From: the human T2T-CHM13v2.0 reference genome, Homo sapiens
DNA length: 64,000 bases
NCBI RefSeq assembly: GCF_009914755.1
Contig: NC_060931.1
Reading direction: 5' to 3' (one strand)
Position numbers and translations under genes: made by a program. The notes beneath the pieces are model-generated. The model made no database searches. It worked only from the letters and a program-made list of their open reading frames with translations, and was not told the origin of the DNA. Positions 43,719 through 59,504 of the stretch are shown piece by piece (position 1 is the stretch's first letter; every line of letters starts with the position of its first letter).

Positions 43719-46700
43719 CTGTAATAAAAACACAATTACGATTTTTTTTAGATTTTGCATCAGAATATATGAGGCTACCTAACACAAAGTAACAGAGGCT
43801 AAGCAGAGAAAAAGATTAATTTAGTACACCACTTTTTAAAGAAAACTGAGTCGGCGAAGCACAATCATTTGTTCATTCATTCATAAATAACAAGATATTG
43901 CATTACTTTTCAAGGGAATTCCAAACATCAACAGTGATAAAATGTCCATCTGTCACACAAACTCTTGCACAATCCCCCTTATAAATATTGGTTTTCACTG
44001 CTTACAGTTACAATGTTGGCATGGTTTTTGGTGGTTCATCGGCCTAAGAAAGAAAGTCTCTGTTAATTATGCTCACTTCAATGCTGGAACAAATTAGTTT
44101 CCATTGGAAAGCTCCATCAATTTGAAAACCTACTGAGTATTGTTCTTGTTCACGGAACACTTTTCTGCATTTGGATTCATATTCTGAAGGGCAGTTCTTC
44201 TCTTTTTAAAATGTATAATGAGTTTATTATAACTTTTCTAGACTCTCAATCAGAAATTCTCATACTGGTTCAGAGTCAACAAACACTACATTCACCAGAG
44301 GACTTTTCCCCTCAAAGAGACAGAATTCAACACCATAGCAACGCTTTATAATGGTGCTTCTCCAGCACAGCACCAAAAAGGTACTTTTTTCATAGCCAGA
44401 AATGTATTCTCAAACTTCTCACATAGAGAAATGACTGTATAAATATATGTATAAACAATGTTTATGTAATAAGGACATATAAGGAAGAAAATGAGCACAC
44501 AATTTTAATTTTCTTAGAAAAAGGTTCATAGATTTCACACAGATTTCTTTTCATTATAAACTCACTTCAAACTATCTCATTATTAGAAACCTTCCAGGTG
44601 CACTTGGCAGTAACCCCTTCTTTGATGTAATGACAGATGTTGTTTCCAGCACCTTTGCACAGGAAGTGTTTACTGCACATGGTAGATGTAAGCTATGTCC
44701 ACTAACTCCAAAGTGCATTAACAGGTGATGGGGGGAGGGAAGCAGATACAGTGGCAGAGAACACGGGTGGCAACAATGACAGCATAAAAATCAATTTACA
44801 ATGCTTTTAACTCCCAGATTAAAACTGGACAGTAGTATCAGTTTTATTCGTGGTGTTAAAATTAAGAATCTCATGTTCACTTTATTGTTTTTTCTATGCC
44901 AAGAATTTCAGGGACACACTATTCAGAAATCCTGCCTCCTGGGTCTTTGCCACTGCAGGTCCTTGAAAGCCAAATTCTGAAACAAGAGACAAAGATTCTC
45001 TGAATGGCTCCATCAAGTCGGGTCTGAAGGTTTTGGCACTGCAAATGAGAACAGATCAGTAGCTCTGCGCTTCCTCAGTACACATGCAACTGAGGCTATT
45101 CCTCGATCTCTGGCCTAGGGATAAAAGGAGTGGTTCTCTAAATAACAAAAAAACCACTCTTCACGGGGAAACGCAGTTTTCAAACGTAACTCTTACTCAC
45201 ACTCATTTAAATTTGCTGTAATCCCAACATATATCCATGCTTCTGAGAGAAAGATACTTGCTGGAGGAGACAGTAGAACAATGTTCAACAAGGAAAGGTG
45301 TTTTGTCCAAAGAAATGGCACATTGGTATGCTGGGTGGGCCATTTGTGCAAATGGTGACTGACATGCTAATCCTACAGGGTCTTTCTAGGTGCTTAACGA
45401 GGTAAGAAACAAGAAATTAGAGATAAAAATCATGAAAATGAAAAGAAAGGAGGAAGGTAAGAAAGAACAGGGCAATGTAGAAAATTTCTCAAGTGCTCAC
45501 AAAATGGTTTCACCTCAAGTTTAGGTACTGACGATCAAAGGGCTTTGCTTTTGAGACTCAAAGAGATATCTGGTGCATGATTTAATAAGGTGTATTATTT
45601 TGAAAGAAAAGGGCACCGTTAGGAGTCTAAAATTTGTGTGTAAAGGGGAAAAGAGGCCCATAAACATTTTTATAATCATTTGCTTGTCTTCATTCCTGTA
45701 ACTGACATTCCCCAACCTAACAATATTCCCACAAACCATCTTCTAAAGATTTCTTTTTTTCTCAAATTATATAATTTCTAAAATGTTCTAAATATTACCT
45801 CTCCAGACTACCTTGATTTTTATTTTTTCCCGTGTGTATGTGTACAAAGATACATTTATATTATCCTTTTCCTTCTTCAAGCTCTAGAATCTCTTTGGGA
45901 AATGGGAAGGAAGTATCTTATACAAATGTCTACAATTTTGTTGCTCAAATAAATGGCATCAGCTCCTGCTGATCACACAAACTGCATCTTGTAATCTTGA
46001 TTTACAAAAAATCAAGAATGTTTAGCACTTTATTTGCAAAGCAAGGTTTTAAAGTTTTGTTTTCTTAATTTGCTTCATCATCTTTCATAACCTATTCTAG
46101 ACTTAGGCTCACATATCCTCAAATTGTTAAGTGGGAAACAGACTTCTGGAAGCTTCCAAACACCACCCTCTCCATCACAAAAAAAAAAAAAACAAAAAAC
46201 AAAAAAAAAACACACACACAAAAAACCATTTGGAAGCACCTCAGGTAGGATTCTACTTTTTCTAGAATGTACTCTGGTAACCAACAAGACAGCAGAACTT
46301 CTGGACAGACATCCACCAGGTCCCCAAATCTCCTTTTCAAACAAATGTTTCCTTGGGCAACCTTTAGAATATCCATTAAAGTGCTGAAATCTTAAAATGA
46401 AATTAGGCACTTGGTGCCCACAAATCAGGAGAGGCCTGCACCAGTGCTACCGGAGGAGTCAAATCAGCTGCTGGTCACAAATAAATGTTGGTTCTGTCAC
46501 TTGCTTCCTGGCGGGCTGGTGTGTGGGGATTATGACTCACCATTTTATGGATTTAATTATGCTGTTGAGCACTTCACATTCAGTAAAAGTGTAATAGCTG
46601 CCTTCAGTATTTCTCCCTCCCTGACAGAAATGTAACTGTCTGATGCTAAAAACTCTCCACAGGATAGGAGGAGAGAGACAAGAGAGTATGATTTTCAGAG

Positions 46701-49310
46701 CAGGACAGATCCCCACATCCTGCACAATGACATACTCCTCATGAGGATTATATGAGGGCAGAAAGGATACAATCAGAACAAACTGGAAAGAGTAACACTA
46801 TTCATTAGACATTACTAAATCCAACAGGAAGAATTTCCTTATACCATGCCACATTGTTCAGATATTTTTTGAACATGATAAATCGCTACACTAAGGAATA
46901 TAATATGAAATGAGATGGCCATGGCACACATTTATGGTGCCGATAAAAATCTGGAACTAGAACATTGGCTACAATTGCCCAGAGATACAATCCACCTCAG
47001 CAAATGGTCTATGGAATAAAAGCACTTGGTTTTTTCATAGCCACGTGAGGCTCCTTAAGCTTGCAATTTGGCAAGAGAGTAAGCATTTCTATAACATTGC
47101 TGTCAACAGCCACATAACAACATTCGACCACTTTCATATCACTAAGAAGTGACAGGAAGATAAACTCAAAACTTCAACTTTTTTTTAGCAGGGCAGGGTA
47201 GGGCCAAACACAGCACCGACAGAGATTATGACACTGTTTTCCGCCCTAGACTACTCCTTGCACAGTCCCTTGCATACTCACAGATTTCAGGTTGACTGGA
47301 GGATAAAATAATTCACATATTAAAATATATTTTAAAATACCCAAGTGATAAATACCTACACTAGCTTACTTCAAAGTTTCTAAAACATAGCATTCTTGAC
47401 ATTAGATGGCAATGTGTCTATCTTTATTTCAGGGGATGAGATTCTGAATGCACAGCTCTATTATAAGGACTTGGCTATGTAACACTAGACACAGGTACAA
47501 ATTGAAAGCTTTCTGTAGCTCCTGTGGTCCTAGTAACTTATGGTTTTACAGACTCAATTACATTGCGAAGGGCTGGGGGTCACAGCACTAGCTCCCATTG
47601 CTTCTCAAGTGGCAAGGAAACAGCAAGGCAGATAGCAGAAATAAGGAAAGGACAGCATTCAGACCTTTCTCAGTAGGAACTGGAACTGCAACGTGACCAA
47701 GGAAAGGCAAACACCACAGACCACCTTATTGTCTCTGTGAAGCCCACGTTGATCCTCTTTGTTGTCTCCAGCACTGGAACCAATGGCCATCAAGCATCAG
47801 GATTGCCACGGTTCTGAAGAATTGCCTTTTGCAGTGCTCTTGTCAAGTCTAAACGAAAACTCTATCAGGGTTATTTGCCTGGTCAGGTGAGGCTAATTAA
47901 CGAGCTCTTGGGCTTTGGCTATGCTTTAGCTGGTCTACATTTTATAACCTGGATTACTTATAATGTAAGAAAGTCAGAAACCAGCCGCACAATGTCTCAA
48001 CAAAACTAGGGAGGCCTCTAAGGGCAATGTGCTATTCGCAGGCTGGGAGGTAGCAGTGTGGGGAAGATGTGATATCACGCCGTTTGAGAACTTGTTCAAA
48101 TTCGATATCCTCCAAACACCAGGTTCTTTTTTAACTGTGTACAGCAACAGTGGGAGGCCTGAGAGGATGTGGGTGGGAAGGTAGTAGGGGATTTGCAGTG
48201 TTGGAAGACCCTGGGAAGGCAAATGCCCACCCAGCCAGATGAGTAATTTTGAAGATCTGGGCTGGATACGACACTTTTCTTGGGAATCAGCAACAACTAA
48301 TGGGTGCTGTCTGTTCTTGGCCTTCCCCCAGCTATAGAACTTGTGAAGCCACAGAGTTGTAGACTTTGTTCAGCACAGCCTTCCACAACATTCCGTGTGG
48401 AGTTTGCTGCATCCTCCTCTTCCTCACTCTGCACCACTGTGTTCCTAGTGCTAGCACTGCAATTATGCCCCTGGAGGGGTGTTATCAAGGCATATCCTCT
48501 CTTCTTTGCACACTTTTCAGAGGTGAAGAACTTGTCTCAACTTCTTTCATTTCTCTGGCACTCAGCTCAGTGCCCTGCATGTAAGAGATGCAAAGTAATT
48601 GCTGAATGAATACACTGATCTATTATTTTTATAATGAGAAAATTGAAGGCTTTTGCTTACAGGTAGCAGCTTCATCAAGGGTATTTGTTTCCTTCACCAT
48701 CCAAAGCCCCACTAAAATAGAAATGAATGAATAAAAAACTAACCAAGGATAGAAGAATGGCAGCAGAGGCATCAGGAAATAAGTTATTTGAACCAGTGTT
48801 TTGGAAAATGGAAAACCCATACAGGAGTAGACAAAGACCTAGAGTAGATACAGTCTCAAGTACCTGCAGTGGGGGAGACCCACAGCCAGGATCTGAAGAC
48901 CCTGCAGAAACCCTGATAGGCCCCAGACTTAGAGGTGTCAGGTATGGCAAAAGGCAAGTGAGGGAAGGTTCAGGCCTGAAAATAGGGGGGTTGTTTAAAA
49001 GGTTGATTATCCAGGGACACTAAAGCAAGACACCAACAATAGTGGAGGGAGGAGAGGGGAGAGCGCAGGGCTGAGAAAATAGGGGAGTTAAAATGGAAAT
49101 ATGCCAACTCCACTGCTCCCAATAACAATGGTAACCAGTCAGGAGGATTCTTCTCTGATTCAGTTAAGTGGGTGTGGAGAAAAGACTGCCAATGCCAACA
49201 TCTGGTGATTCCCTAATTAAACAATCTCCCTACAGTTAAGTGCATGGTCAACAAGCTCCATCCATGCTTCCATCCAGAGCCTCCTAGCAGCTTTTTATTG
49301 CTGTGATATA

Positions 49311-49610
49311 TTTTCTTAAGAGTCAAAGTCTTGCTCTATTGCTCAGCTGGAGTGCAATGGTGGAATCAGACCATAGCTCACTGCAGCCTCAAACTCTGGG
49401 CTCAAGATATCCTCCTGCCTCATCCTCCTGAGCAGATAGGACTGCAGGTGTGCACCACCATAGCTGAGCAATATTTCTACTTTTTTTTTTTTTAGAGTTG
49501 GGGTCTTGCTATGTTGCCTAGGCTGGTCTTGAACTCCTGGCCTCAAGCAATCCTCTTGCCTCGGCCTCCCAAAGTGCTGGGATTACAGTTGTGAGCCAAT
49601 GAGCTCAGCC
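49311..49610 (-). mobile_element. AluJ
   Basis: Antisense dimeric Alu with J-type motifs. Confidence 0.88.
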
Positions 49611-49765
49611 TGCCTTAGCTTTAAATATGAACCAAGAACAGTCAAGAAATTGTCTCTAGACATTGGAGGAAAAGTCTTAAACGTGAATGAGAGAAACCAG
49701 AACAAACAAATGGGGAGGGCAGGACAGAAAAAAGGAAGGGAGGAAGAGAGGAATGGGGGGAAGAA

Positions 49766-49845
49766 GGAAGGAAGGAAGGAAGGAAGGAAGGAAGGAAGGA
49801 AGGAAGGAAGGAAGGAAGGCAGGCAGGCAGGCAGGCAGGCAGGCA
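49766..49845. repeat. (GGAA)13(GGCA)7 compound microsatellite
   Basis: Counted directly: GGAA at 49766-49817 and GGCA at 49818-49845. Confidence 0.95.
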
Positions 49846-51943
49846 GACATGAGCAAAGTAACAAACACATCAAGGCCTGGGAAGTTAAGTGACATGTTTA
49901 CTTACACAAACCTGGTACTGGCAGGGCTAGGACCAGAAGCCCTGCGTCCTGAGTCTTATTGGGCCAGCATTTGGACTATTAAAAATGCTGCTTATCCTCT
50001 AAAGACATTTCATTGCTACTATCCAGTTCTAACACTGGACTCTGTATAGATAATCTTTTTTATACTTTCTTAAAAGCCCCATAGTTCTGTCGGCTGCAAC
50101 TTTTACCCCACTTTGAAGACTGAATTTGTTGCATCAACAATTTACAAAGACCAACTTTTAATTCATGGCTAGTTTACTTCAGCTGCTGAAACAAATAATG
50201 CTTGTTGGCAATGGCCCTTTAAAAAAAAAATTGTACAATTGCACATAACCAGCCTTTGAATGGATCAACTTTTCCTTAGTTTATAGACATGTCATTTGAA
50301 ACTTTTCCCAAGCCATAATTTCCATTACAGGGAAGTCAGTGCAAATTTCAGTGAGATTCTTGGTTTCCCAAATTCAATGTGAAATCCAGATGCGGTTAAG
50401 TGTTGCTGTAAACTTTATGAGTTAAATATCTAAAAGTCAGGGACACTGTGCAGCACAATAACACCATCTATTAAAACAAGCATTCATATTCACATTTGTA
50501 GCCTGAGTTTTCCTGCCACAAGTGAATGAATAAACATTATTCAACCAAGAACTGTTTGGACAATGTTCCATAGCCTAGATCAGCCGGCTGCTGCAACCTT
50601 CCCTATTCCTGGCAGACCAGAGGGTTAAAATGATCAAAAATAATTCTGACTAGGATACTTCCCAACTTTACCAATCTATCCAGCTTGTAGAATCATCAAT
50701 GACTGCTTGAATTTTTCCCCAAGTATAAGATGTATAGTCCTTCTATGAAAATGACACTACCAGTTCACACTCTTCAGTGGTGATGGGGTGTGCTTTGTCC
50801 ACCCAAGCTCTCGCCTTGTTACTTGTGAGAAAAGAGCCTGCCAGAAACCATAATGGCTGCAAGATATGCTTGTGAAGTATACAGCCTGCATATCTGTATA
50901 CAGCAGCCCTGGAAACTGGGGTGCTGAGATTAAACAACAATAAAATTCTTTCAAACTGGAGTAAGGCCAAAACTTGGTCCCATTTAATCCTGGGACCAAG
51001 TTAATTTGTGTGCACACACAAATAAATATACATGCCTGCTTTCTCCAGAAATGAACCTGATGACAGATCCAAGCAGCATGCAACACAAAAGATCACAAAG
51101 AAGCTGGTATACCTCCCCTGCTCATGAGAAGAGCCTATGAGAAGGTATCTGGAAGAGAAGACAGCTGCTTGTGAGTGAGGCTTAGTGACAAAAGAAAAGG
51201 CAGGAACATGAGGCTCTCGAATTCATCTCTGAAGGCTGGAAGGCAAAAACCTGTTTATGGAAAGGAAACCTTTCCCTCCTTCTGCCTAACATTGTTTGCC
51301 CAAGGAAATCCTACCCATCTTCCAAGGCTTTGGCCCATATAGTACTTTCAGCATGCATTGTACCATATATATTTGCAAATATGTCTTATCAGCCCATTAA
51401 AATGGAAGCTCCTTAAGGAACCAGATCTTAGAGGCCACAAATCCTAAGCCCAGTGTTCTGTAAATAATCAGTGTCCATGATGATATATGATGAATACATG
51501 AATGAATGCCCTGGACATGCAGTACCACAGAGGATACAAAAGCATTCAGCTCAGACAGCTCTGCCTTGGAGAGTCAGGCAAACAGGAGGGGAAAACAGGC
51601 CCATGGTAAATGACTTTACCAGGATATATACTTCCATCAAAATACATCCCACCAAGCACAGATGTTCAGAGGGCTATAAAATGATGTACAATTCACAATA
51701 ATAAGGGACAGAGGGCAGACAGGGCTAATCTGGGCAGGCTTTACTGATGAATGGGAACTGAGCCAGGTTTTGAAGGGAGTGAGCGTAGCGAATCATTCAC
51801 AGGTGAGGGCGGGAAACCTAAGAACAGCATAGGGGAGAGGTCTGTGGATACTGTAGAAAAGCAGTGAGTTGAAGAGTATTAGTTGTAGTGTTAGTATTAG
51901 TTGTAGAATATTTATAGAGACACTTTTTAGAGATACTTCAGAA

Positions 51944-52172
51944 GAGTGGTTCTGAACTGCAGGCAATTTTGCAGCACCCCCCCGACCCCCCATCCACACC
52001 CTGGGATATTTGGCAAAGTCTGCTAACAACTGGAGGGAGGGTTCCAGTATAGTATCTAGGGGGTAGAGGGCAGGGATGCTGCTGAACACCCTACATACGC
52101 ACGCAGAGTAGCGCCTACAACAAAGAGTCATCTGGTCTAAAATGTCAATAATGTCAAAGTTGAGAAACCCTG
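51944..52172 (+). mobile_element. MER20 DNA transposon
   Basis: gtggttctgaac... ggtagagggcagggatgctgctgaacaccctaca ...aaatgtcaataatgtcaaagttgagaaaccctg resembles the MER20 consensus. Confidence 0.85.
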
Positions 52173-52340
52173 CTTTAAAACTACACGAATATTATGAGAA
52201 ACAGAGCTATTGCTCCTAGATTGCTTCTAGGTGATAATTTGTTGTTTTCTGCAGTCTAAATCAAGAAGCCAGAAGGCTGGTGAGGAGACAACAAGAGAAG
52301 AACAACACAGAGGCTGTTTGGACCTAGATAAGTGCTCCTA

Positions 52341-52659
52341 TTTTCTTTTTCTTTCTTTCTTTCTTTTTTTTTTTTTTTTTTGAGACAAGAGTCTCACTCT
52401 ATCACCCAGGATGGAGTAGTGGGATCTCAGCTCACTGCAACCTCTGCCTCCCACGTTCAATCGATTCTCATGCCTCAGCCTCCTGAGTAGCTGGGATTAC
52501 AGGCATCCGCCACCACACCTGACTAATTTTTGTGTTTTTAGTAGAGATGGGGTTTCACCATGTTGGCCAGAGTGTTCTCGAACTCCTGGGCTCAAGCAAT
52601 CCACTGGCCTTGGCCTCCCAAAGTGCTGGAATTACAGGCATGAGCCACAGCGCCTAGCC
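52341..52659 (-). mobile_element. AluS
   Basis: Full antisense Alu. Confidence 0.92.
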
Positions 52660-52812
52660 AGTTCTTATTTTCTTAATGGAGACAAATAAATTGAATTCAT
52701 TTAAAAAAGACATTGAATTCTTGCCATGTTTAGTTGCTTAGGGGAAACTTTAAGTCAGTAGGTTCACAATTGAGCGAAAAAGATGAACAGAATTCACAGT
52801 TAACAATAATCT

Positions 52813-53160
<348 letters not shown>

Positions 53161-54446
53161 CTACAATGTTTGTCAATATAGAGGAATATACTTACTACTC
53201 TAGAAACAAAACATGACTCTCTGTGCAACTGAGAGGAACTTCTTGAAAGAAAAATTTACATAAGCCTTGAACTAAATCTACATTCAGAAAAGATGAGAAA
53301 ATGATGAGTCTGAATAGAAGACAGTTTGAGCAGATAAACAGAAGTATTTAATAGAAAGGAGCAGGGGGTGGCAAGAAGTCAGTGGGGCTGGAACTTGGCA
53401 AGAGACCTGAAATGCAGATTGGGTCACATCACAAAAGGCTTGCAATGCTTTCCAAGAGTTCAAACTTAGTTCTGCAGACGATGCAGAGCACTGAAGGTAT
53501 AAACTGGTATGGCCCATGTTTTAGAAAAATAACCAGTGGTGGCAGGGAGGACTGGGCGGGGGCGGGAAACTGGGATGTAGAAATATAAGATTCGATGAAA
53601 AAGAACTGGAAATAGAAGACTTTTCTTATGTTATAGATCTGAGTATTTCATTACAAAAACAAAGAAGTAACTAGAAGGTGAAAAGGAGTTTGATAGACAA
53701 GAATATGAGGTCTGCTTCTGACATGTGGTAAGATATTCTGCAGAACCAAGAAGTCTGGAACTCAAAGGGGAGATAAAAGACTCATGGTATAGATAGGAAG
53801 TGAAGTGCTGAAGAATCCCATCATAACACCACACATTCCAACAGACAACTGAACCAAAGCATGTCTCTCAAAACAAAACAATCATATTCCATAAAACCCC
53901 AACTACCCTGATTAAAAACTTGCTTATCATATAACTTGGCCAAATACTGGCTGAGAACCTACTAGGCCCAGTGGAATTCCAGCAGGGATTTTTTAAAAGC
54001 CAGAGGTTGTGCTGCATTTGAAACCAACTGAATGGTAAATTTCCCAAAAGATGACTATGAAAGACTGGGGGGAAAAAAGAATAGAATAAAAATTGGCCCT
54101 GAGTTCAGTTTTGATCTGGTACCCGAGTCTCCAAGGCTTACTATGACAATCGACCTCTTATTGGCACATTTGTTGTTGCATACAAGTCAAACTGCCTCAA
54201 TTCAATCCTAGCTGTCTAACTTCTTTAAGCCTCAGTTTTTTTCATCCACAAGAAGTTGATAAGGATAGTCCTTTCACCCTAGGGTTGAAATGTGGATTAA
54301 ATTAGCAAGCATGTTAAGTGTAACTACTGCTCAGTTCTTTAGTCCATAAGGCGTTTTGAAACTAGAATTTGCATTGTTCTGGATTATTTCCATTTTATGT
54401 GGCATAATGGTACATAGAAAATCTAAGAATTCATCACTCACTTAAG

Positions 54447-54870
54447 TGTGGCTGGGACTGCTGGCTGCTGCCCAAGAGCTATTTTCCCCCCTTTCCCTCC
54501 ATAATGCTTAGAAACATGGCTTCCTGGTATAAAAACCACACTTCCCAGCATTCCTTGAGCCAGGTGCATTCATGTGACTAAGTCTTGGCCAACAGGATAA
54601 GGCTTCAGGAAGCCTCCTTAATATGGTAGATTTCTTTCAGGCTGCCTGAAAGAAATTCTGGGTATGAGATAATCTTGTGAATGGAAGTCATACATGGTGA
54701 AGCAACACAGTAGGAGTCTGGATCCCTGATTGGGTGAAGCTCTATACTACTCTTGAACTGAGCACCTCCAGCCTTCTTTAAAGTGAAAGAAATAAACTTA
54801 TCTTCCAATTAAGCCATATATTTGAAGGTTTTTCAATTACATGAAGTCAAACCAAAACTTGACTGAAATA
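54447..54870. mobile_element. MLT1-type MaLR LTR relic
   Basis: Contains catgtgactaagtcttggccaa and gaaagaaataaactt...ttaagcca motifs. Confidence 0.55.
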
Positions 54871-56095
54871 CAAAACAACCGGAATTCTGGTTTATTTTGT
54901 TGGACCTAAAACTCTCATCTGAAACATGAAATATTTCATGTTTCATTTTATTTTCTTGGATTTAAAAGAAAAAAAAAACCTCTTTAAAAATGTATCATAC
55001 TAAGTGCAGGGAAAGAAAATCAGAGTAAAATCACACCTGAATCACCACAGCCTCTGTGGCTAACTCTAAACAGGAATGGTTAAAGACTGGGAGAAAGAGG
55101 AGGAAAAAATCATCATGTCAAATTATGGCTCTTTTGGTCGTTTTAAGACTTTCTCCAGAATTAGTTATTAGTGGGCAATAATGAAGCAAATTGCACATGC
55201 ATATTACTTCTGAGTTATGAACAATACAACCAACAGTAACCTTTGAAGCTGTCAGGATCTTTTCAGGCAGGCAATTAAAGTGAAAAATGAGTGTGCGCAC
55301 AACTTCCATCACCCAATACTACATGTAATAACACCACCTACAAACACTGACATAGGAGTGGGGCTCAGTCTGAATATTTATTAATGCAGATCTGTTCCCA
55401 TTTGTTCCTCTCCATTTCCTATAACCTATCCCACCTCCACCTGCCAAAATTTTTTTTTCTTTAAAGGGCAGCTCTGACATCATGCATCACATTTACCTGA
55501 AACCTACATGCACCGTGACATCTCTCCTATCTGCACTGAAAGAAATTTTCCTCCCTTTCCCTTGACTCAAATATAAATTTAGGACAAGCTGGGAGTCTAG
55601 AAGGAAAAGAAGTCTATAAAGAAGTAAGCCCAATCAGGAAAACACAAAATAAGATGAAAATAATCAATAATGGATATTTACAGATGGCCAAATATATACG
55701 TCAAGTATTGGGTGCTAGGCATTGAAGGTCCTCCTGCCTGCCCCTACCCACCCCTGCCAACACACATACAAAAAGGTCTCAGCTCTCAAGCAGACTGGAC
55801 TATAGAGGATGTGACTTATATTGATCTAAGAATAATCTAGTGTAGAAGTATCAGCTTTTCTAATAAAGTGTAAGAATCACTATTTGCATGTTTTGTGATT
55901 TAAGTACCTGGACTTTAGAGAAATGGCAGGGATAACCAGAAAGGGGGGGTACCTGATGAGCCAGTTGGAGTAGGTGTTCCCAAGCTAAGAAGAAACACCC
56001 ATGCTACAGGCTTAATACCTGACGCCTATGATCCCATCTGTGAGTTTGTCTCCTGTGGTTTCAGCCATTTCTAAATCAACAAGAGCCTAGAGGGC

Positions 56096-56216
56096 CAATG
56101 GTTTCTAGCCAGAACTGCCCATTATTATCACCTGGGTAACTTAAAAAAAAAAAAAGTCTGATGCCAAGGACCCATCCCCAAAGATTCTAATATGCAGTCA
56201 GGGTTGGCAATTACTA
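56096..56216. mobile_element. MER5A-like DNA transposon fragment
   Basis: atcacctggg..ttaaaaa...ctgatgccaagga cccatccccaaagattctaatatgcagtcagggttg. Confidence 0.55.
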
Positions 56217-56393
56217 TTACAGACTCTGAGAAGGCTCAGAAACTGGAAAAGGGATAGAGAACTGGTTGGGAAAGTTATTTACACCAATTTGCATCTCTCC
56301 CACCCTTCCAAACTAAAAAGGCAATTGTGAAACTGGAAAGGAACTACTGGAAGTGATTTAAAAGTTGTATAAGTCCGACATCCAGTGAAATAA

Positions 56394-56691
<298 letters not shown>

Positions 56692-57855
56692 TGAAATCAT
56701 TAAATTTTGACTTCACTTGGGACTCAGGTTTATTTCCACCCCTTTCACTTTCTATACAGAAAGTATTAAGCTTAGTAATTATGTAGACAAGTTAGTGTTT
56801 TCATGTATTTCGAAAACCAAATCACAATCTTTGAATTGTGATATGGTTTTCATCTATTCAGTAAGGGTGTTCTGACAAGACCTTTGACTGGGAACCATTT
56901 ATTTTTCTTCACAGTATGTGCCTACAATTAATAAGACCACATCACTTTAGTTGTTCTGTGGTTCAGAATTTTCTGTAAGTCAGATTGGCCAGAACCACTG
57001 TGGTTTTCCTGTGCTGTCATTATTCACCTTGGTAACAAATCAGGCTGTATCCAAGTATATTAGTTTTGTATTTCGGAAGCCAGTTTTGTCAAGGATTTGA
57101 CAAAAGGAATTGCCTTCGTTACTTCCTATCTCCCAGGGAAGCCGAATCATTGCTTAAAAAAAAAAAAAAAAGTCACAGGAGAAAGAGCTGAACATCTGGA
57201 CACAGACTGACTGGATGGCCCTGCCTAAGAGTTATCAAATGTAAGTGCACATAGGTCACAGCTTACTCAGGTCAAATTCTGGTCCAAGAGGCTCTGCCAG
57301 GCTGGCTAGAGCATTATGCCTGCCGACTCCACACCCAGGTGGCAGCCAGGAACACAGTGTTCAGGTTCGTGGGCCACAGAGGTTATGTGCTAGCTGGGGA
57401 TTTATCGTTCCTGATTCTGTGCAAGTTGTGTATTCATTCTACTTGCTAATGAGTAGGGGAGCATGCTGAGCTGTAACTCAATTGATCTCGCTGATGGTGT
57501 GAATTTGGGTGTCTGGGAAGTCCCTGGACCTTCTCAGTTATCTGGCACTTGGCAGATGGCTCCTGACAATCTTGGCTTCTGTGGAAGGACTTCTGGGAAT
57601 TAACTCTGGACTTTCTGTTGCTTAAAAAAAAAAAAAAAAGGCTTAAATTTCTTTAGACAATGTAAGATGGTAGTTACTGACAGTCTGCTACTTTCTGTGT
57701 GACTTGAGCAAGTTTCTCAGCAGATAAAGATGACAGTGACTCATGGCTCCTACACATGAAGAGGTTATTAAGAGGATTAAAAGAGATAAGCCATAGACAG
57801 CACAGAGCACAGTGGCTGGTACATGATAAATACTTAATAAATCTTACCCACTAGG

Positions 57856-58146
<291 letters not shown>

Positions 58147-58938
58147 TTACCCACTAGGTACCATTATTATTTTAGGTAGTAAGGTCTGAAAGCATTTAGT
58201 GCTTGCGTTGTGGGACTACATTTGTGAACAATCAATAGTTCTCAAGTAGCAATAATAACTGATAATAAAGATATTATTACTATCACTGCGTGTCTACTAT
58301 GGGTCAATACAAAATGAATTGCTTTCTGTGTGCAGTCCTCATGAAAATCCTGTAAGGGAGATATCTCCTGACCCACCCCGCTTCCCAGAGGAAAATATAA
58401 AGCTCAGAAAAGGCCCAAATCACAGGACCAGGAGATAAAGCCTTAAATCTGGGTTTGTCTGACTTCAAAGTATGTGCTATTTGACCACATTTGCTGCTTC
58501 CCCTGAGTAGAAATAACTTGTTTCATAGCATGGAGCCCTGAAACACTGTTCAGTAACAATGCTCTCTAATTAAATTGCCAGGTGGCCTTTCCTTTGTATT
58601 TTAACTTTTAAGGTGATTTTATTATATCTCTTCCATAAATGAACATGGATTTTTTATGACAAAATTAAAATAAGCATTATGTAACTATTAGCATAAAACA
58701 TTTTTGTTCTTGTATGACCCAACATCATCTTACATGGCCCCAGAAGCACATGGAACACTTTCCAGGCACCCCACCTTGCCTAATTCCCACTCTTTAAGTG
58801 CTATCCAGCTACTGCAATGGGATGTCAACAGCCCCATAACTTAGGAGCAGGTAAAAGTATGCTATTCCTGATCTTTCCAATAAAGTTTATGTTTTTGATT
58901 GCCCACGTCTGACTCTAGGCATAGAATTATTTCTGGAC

Positions 58939-59322
<384 letters not shown>

Positions 59323-59504
59323 TTATTTCTGGACACTAAGGTTGCTCTTGGGGCTGGCAGGCAACTCTCTGAATTAAGTGGTTGGTTTTGGCCTCATTGC
59401 CATGGTGGCAGGAATCAATACAAATTGACCAGGTGACCGGCTGGATGGGAAAGCATACAGGTCTGAGACATGCCTCTTTCCCTTTTTTAAAAAGACTTAA
59501 AAAT

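Noticed and set aside
46178-46226. Orphan A-rich tract as a truncated retro-insertion
   Set aside because: No TSD or element body could be identified.
57150-57640. Two poly(A) tracts, both preceded by ttgctt, ~470 bp apart
   Set aside because: Similarity does not extend beyond the tracts, so it is probably coincidental.
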